64,000 nt of DNA from a virus (taxonomy: Duplodnaviria; Caudoviricetes), in IMG/VR virus record IMGVR_UViG_3300033120_001068, positions 25,023 through 89,022 of that record, one strand, 5' to 3'. The position numbers were made by a program, and so were the translations under genes. A model generated the notes under the pieces. The model ran no database searches, had not been told where the DNA came from, and was given only the letters and a program-made list of their open reading frames with translations. Positions 61,476 to 64,000 of this stretch are shown in pieces. Within the stretch, counting starts at the first letter, position 1; every line of letters begins with the position of its first letter.

Positions 61476-62158
61476 TGGCAGAAAATCCATATATAATCCT
61501 TGACTTTGAAACAGGAGGATTTAATGCAAGCAAAAATGCTGTAACTCAGATTGGAATGCTTTGTATTGACGGTGAAACTTTACAGGAAGTAGGGAGATAT
61601 GAAAGTTACATAAAACCCTACAACTACCAATATGATAAGGCAGCATTAGATTTTACTGGTCTTTCTCTTGACTTTTTAGAGAATAAAGGAAAGGAATTGA
61701 AAGAGGTGGCAAGGGAGGTTTTTGAATTGATTAAGGAATGGCACCAAAAAACCTCTAAAACCTATACTAAAAAACCAATCCTTGTAGGCCATAATTTAAA
61801 GTTTGATGTCCCTTTTATGCAACAAATAGCAAAAGAGACTAAAAATGATTTAAGTAAACTACTTGAAGGGCAATTAGACTTTTATGGAAACTTCTACCCT
61901 GGTTATATTGATACAATGTATCTTGCTAAACTTTCTCATGGTAATGATATATCTTTTCCTTCCTATACCCTTGGAAATTGCTGTTCAAAGATGGGGGTTG
62001 AGTTAGTAAATGCTCATAATGCCATTAATGATGTTATAGGCACAAAAGAACTTCTTATCTCTTATGTAAATAGGTTGAGAAATATCAATACAGGAGAGGG
62101 AGTTCAGGAGAAAATTAGAGTAAGAGATAAATTTCATTTTAAGATCAGCAATAAGTAG
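61475..62158 (+). CDS. dnaQ: DEDDh 3'-5' exonuclease (DnaQ/epsilon-like)
   Basis: ILDFETGG, GHNLKFD and AHNAIND. Confidence 0.88.
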   Translation: MAENPYIILDFETGGFNASKNAVTQIGMLCIDGETLQEVGRYESYIKPYNYQYDKAALDFTGLSLDFLENKGKELKEVAREVFELIKEWHQKTSKTYTKKPILVGHNLKFDVPFMQQIAKETKNDLSKLLEGQLDFYGNFYPGYIDTMYLAKLSHGNDISFPSYTLGNCCSKMGVELVNAHNAINDVIGTKELLISYVNRLRNINTGEGVQEKIRVRDKFHFKISNK

Positions 62159-62168
62159 GTAAGACTTT

Positions 62169-62441
62169 ATGGCAACAACTTTAAAAGACATCATTGTAAA
62201 AATAAGAAAACAAAAGCATTGCTTTTGTTGTTTTAGAACTTTTGAAGTTGGAACCAGAATGAACTATTGGGTAGGAGTGGTAGAGGGAGATTTTAACTAT
62301 GCTTATTCTTGTCTAACTTGCCAAGAAATAATGCAATTAAATAAAGAAGATTATTACCCAGAAGGCTATGTTGCTGAAATGATGGAAGAAAATATAATTC
62401 CAGAAAATTATTTAGAAAGTTTAAAATTAAATAAGTCATGA
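62169..62441 (+). CDS. Hypothetical Zn-binding protein
   Basis: HCFCC...CLTC. Confidence 0.5.
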   Translation: MATTLKDIIVKIRKQKHCFCCFRTFEVGTRMNYWVGVVEGDFNYAYSCLTCQEIMQLNKEDYYPEGYVAEMMEENIIPENYLESLKLNKS

Positions 62442-62884
62442 AAGAGAAGACAAAAGAAGATATGGCAATTGAGTTTATGCAATTGTTTAAAGTGAATGGA
62501 GAGAATACAAAACAAAATAGACTACATTTCTTCCAACTACTTTTGGAAGAGTTGTGTGAGTTAGGAAATGCAATGGGGATAACCACAAGGGAACAAGCAG
62601 ATAGTTTTTATAGAACCAAGGAATCTGAATTCTTTGAGGCAGGAGATAAAGAGGCCACTTTTGATGCTTTGATAGATATGGAATATTATCAAAATCAAAT
62701 TAAAATAGTTCTTGGAATCCCCGAAAGTAAATTTGATGAAGGGTATAGAAGGGTTCATAATTCTAATTTAGAAAAAAGTATAAATGGTGAGATTTTGAAG
62801 TCAGATGGTTCAGATGGGATTCCAATAGGCAAGGTTATAAAACCTGAGGGATGGAAATGTGCTTCTTTGAAGGACTTATTGTAG
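62438..62884 (+). CDS. All-alpha NTP pyrophosphohydrolase (MazG superfamily, PRA-PH-like)
   Basis: LLEELCEL...DALID...RVHNSNLEK...GKVIKPEGW. Confidence 0.8.
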   Translation: MKEKTKEDMAIEFMQLFKVNGENTKQNRLHFFQLLLEELCELGNAMGITTREQADSFYRTKESEFFEAGDKEATFDALIDMEYYQNQIKIVLGIPESKFDEGYRRVHNSNLEKSINGEILKSDGSDGIPIGKVIKPEGWKCASLKDLL

Positions 62885-62899
62885 TTTTAAATCAATCAT

Positions 62900-62934
62900 A
62901 AAAAAAGCAATTCTATATCAGTTTTGCTTTTTTT
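62900..62934 (+). terminator. Terminator hairpin overlapping the next promoter repeat
   Basis: AAAAAAAGCAA / TTGCTTTTTTT. Confidence 0.7.
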
Positions 62935-62976
62935 ATTTAAACTATCATTATTTAAATAAACTTTTATTATATTTAA
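62929..62976 (+). promoter_or_regulatory. Phage promoter repeat copy (short variant)
   Basis: TTTATTTAAA...TTATTTAAATAAACTTTTATTATATTTAAA. Confidence 0.7.
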
Positions 62977-62999
62977 AACCAAGTGTAAAAAAATCGAAA

Positions 63000-63975
63000 A
63001 TGAAATACTTTTTATCAGTAGAATTTGAAAATCAAGGAGGACCTGCCAATTATAAAATTGGAGATATAATCACTTTTATATCATTGAAAGGCTTTTTAAA
63101 AAACGGCATTATCAAGGAAATAAAATGTATAAAAGATACTGATATACTAATGGAGTATAAAGTTGATTGTAATGGTAAAGATTTTATAGCTGTTTCTGAT
63201 TATGTTTTGAAATCGAATTCAAGGGTTTTAAATTTAAAGTCAAGGATATCGGAATTAGATGAAGGTTTTCCTTTAAGAACGTAAATATAGTCTTTCACAT
63301 AACGGACGAGTGTATGAGTAGTAAACCCAAACGTGCAGTGGGACGCACATAAATTATATATAAAATGTGGATTAACAGACAAGAGCAAAAACCAAAATTT
63401 GACGGTATTTATACAGTGTATGGAACTGTAAACAAAGGAACTGAACACAAAACTAATTGCAGATTTACTGCATATTGGGATAATGTATTAGAAGTCTTTA
63501 CAGATAAATATGGTGAAGATCTGACTTATATTGATGAAGGAGTTAAATTTTGGTTTGACTTTAATGAAGTGCCTGACCCTGTTTAGGCGCATTGGCTTGG
63601 GTTTATTACTTATACACATTGTTAGCATTTCGTTTTTTTGAGAAATGGCATTTAAAAGACTAAATAAAAATGGAAGATATAATTTACAAAGCAAGTGATG
63701 GTAGTTTAGAAATAAGATTGCAATTTATAGTTAAAAACAGACTTAAATATACTCACTTAGGTAAAGGATGGCCAAAGCATACACAATGCTTAATGTACTC
63801 AAACGGACTATTAGATTGCTTTGAAACTATTGTTAAACACAAGAAAGACGAAGATAATCAAGTGTATGCATATAGGTTAGTAGCAGAAAAATGCATGAAA
63901 ACCATAACTAATAAATGGTTACGAAGCCAAGTTAGAATAGAACTAAATAAAGCATTGGCAAATGAAAATAATTAA
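63000..63975 (+). CDS. Three accessory hypothetical ORFs (63000-63284, 63365-63586, 63670-63975)
   Basis: Intact ORFs, comparatively CpG-rich. Confidence 0.55.
63298..63626. repeat. attC-like imperfect inverted repeat enclosing ORF 63365-63586
   Basis: Left arm GTGTATGAGTAGTAAACCCAA (63310-63330) pairs with right arm TTGGGTTTATTACTTATACAC (63597-63617) with two G-T pairs; outer ends are TAAC and GTTA. Confidence 0.6.
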
Positions 63976-64000
63976 AGGCTGTACCTATTGGTATGAAATC

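Noticed and set aside
205-63694. All minus-strand ORFs and short nested plus-strand ORFs in the ORF track
   Set aside because: They are shadows of longer, motif-bearing plus-strand genes and have no start context or recognisable motifs.
1-64000. tRNA, rRNA or CRISPR arrays
   Set aside because: No cloverleaf or T-loop motifs were seen. The promoter repeats are kilobases apart and separated by genes, not spacers.

Overview
This is a 64 kb segment of a large, AT-rich, contractile-tailed dsDNA phage. A Bacteroidota (Flavobacterium-like) host is inferred from signal peptides followed by Gln, A-rich leaders without Shine-Dalgarno sites and TAnnTTT promoter elements. Every credible gene is on the + strand. 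In order, the window holds: an SPO1/Twort-like tail and baseplate module (1-20.9 kb) interrupted by a cassette of fibre-like, secreted glycoside hydrolase and membrane-protein genes; a replisome (DnaB-like helicase, primase, Pol III alpha); a complete 7-deazaguanine cluster (queE, queD, folE, dpdA/TGT-like, queF, queC) interleaved with nucleotide-pool enzymes; recombination genes (UvsY-like, SSB, SbcCD-like, RuvC-like); UvrD; terminase; thyA and DHFR; a DEDDh exonuclease; and many small accessory ORFs, often led by a repeated 50-75 bp promoter element. The best leads are: (1) a deazaguanine pathway that may act on free nucleotides, alongside extreme CpG depletion and promoters whose -7 element lacks the host consensus G; (2) signal-peptide-bearing fibre and GH-A hydrolase genes inside the tail module; (3) an ORF enclosed in an attC-like inverted repeat; (4) a DHFR fused to a Tad1/Acb2-like hairpin; (5) a terminase large subunit fused to a domain paralogous to the next gene. 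All family calls come from motif recognition by eye; no database searches were run.
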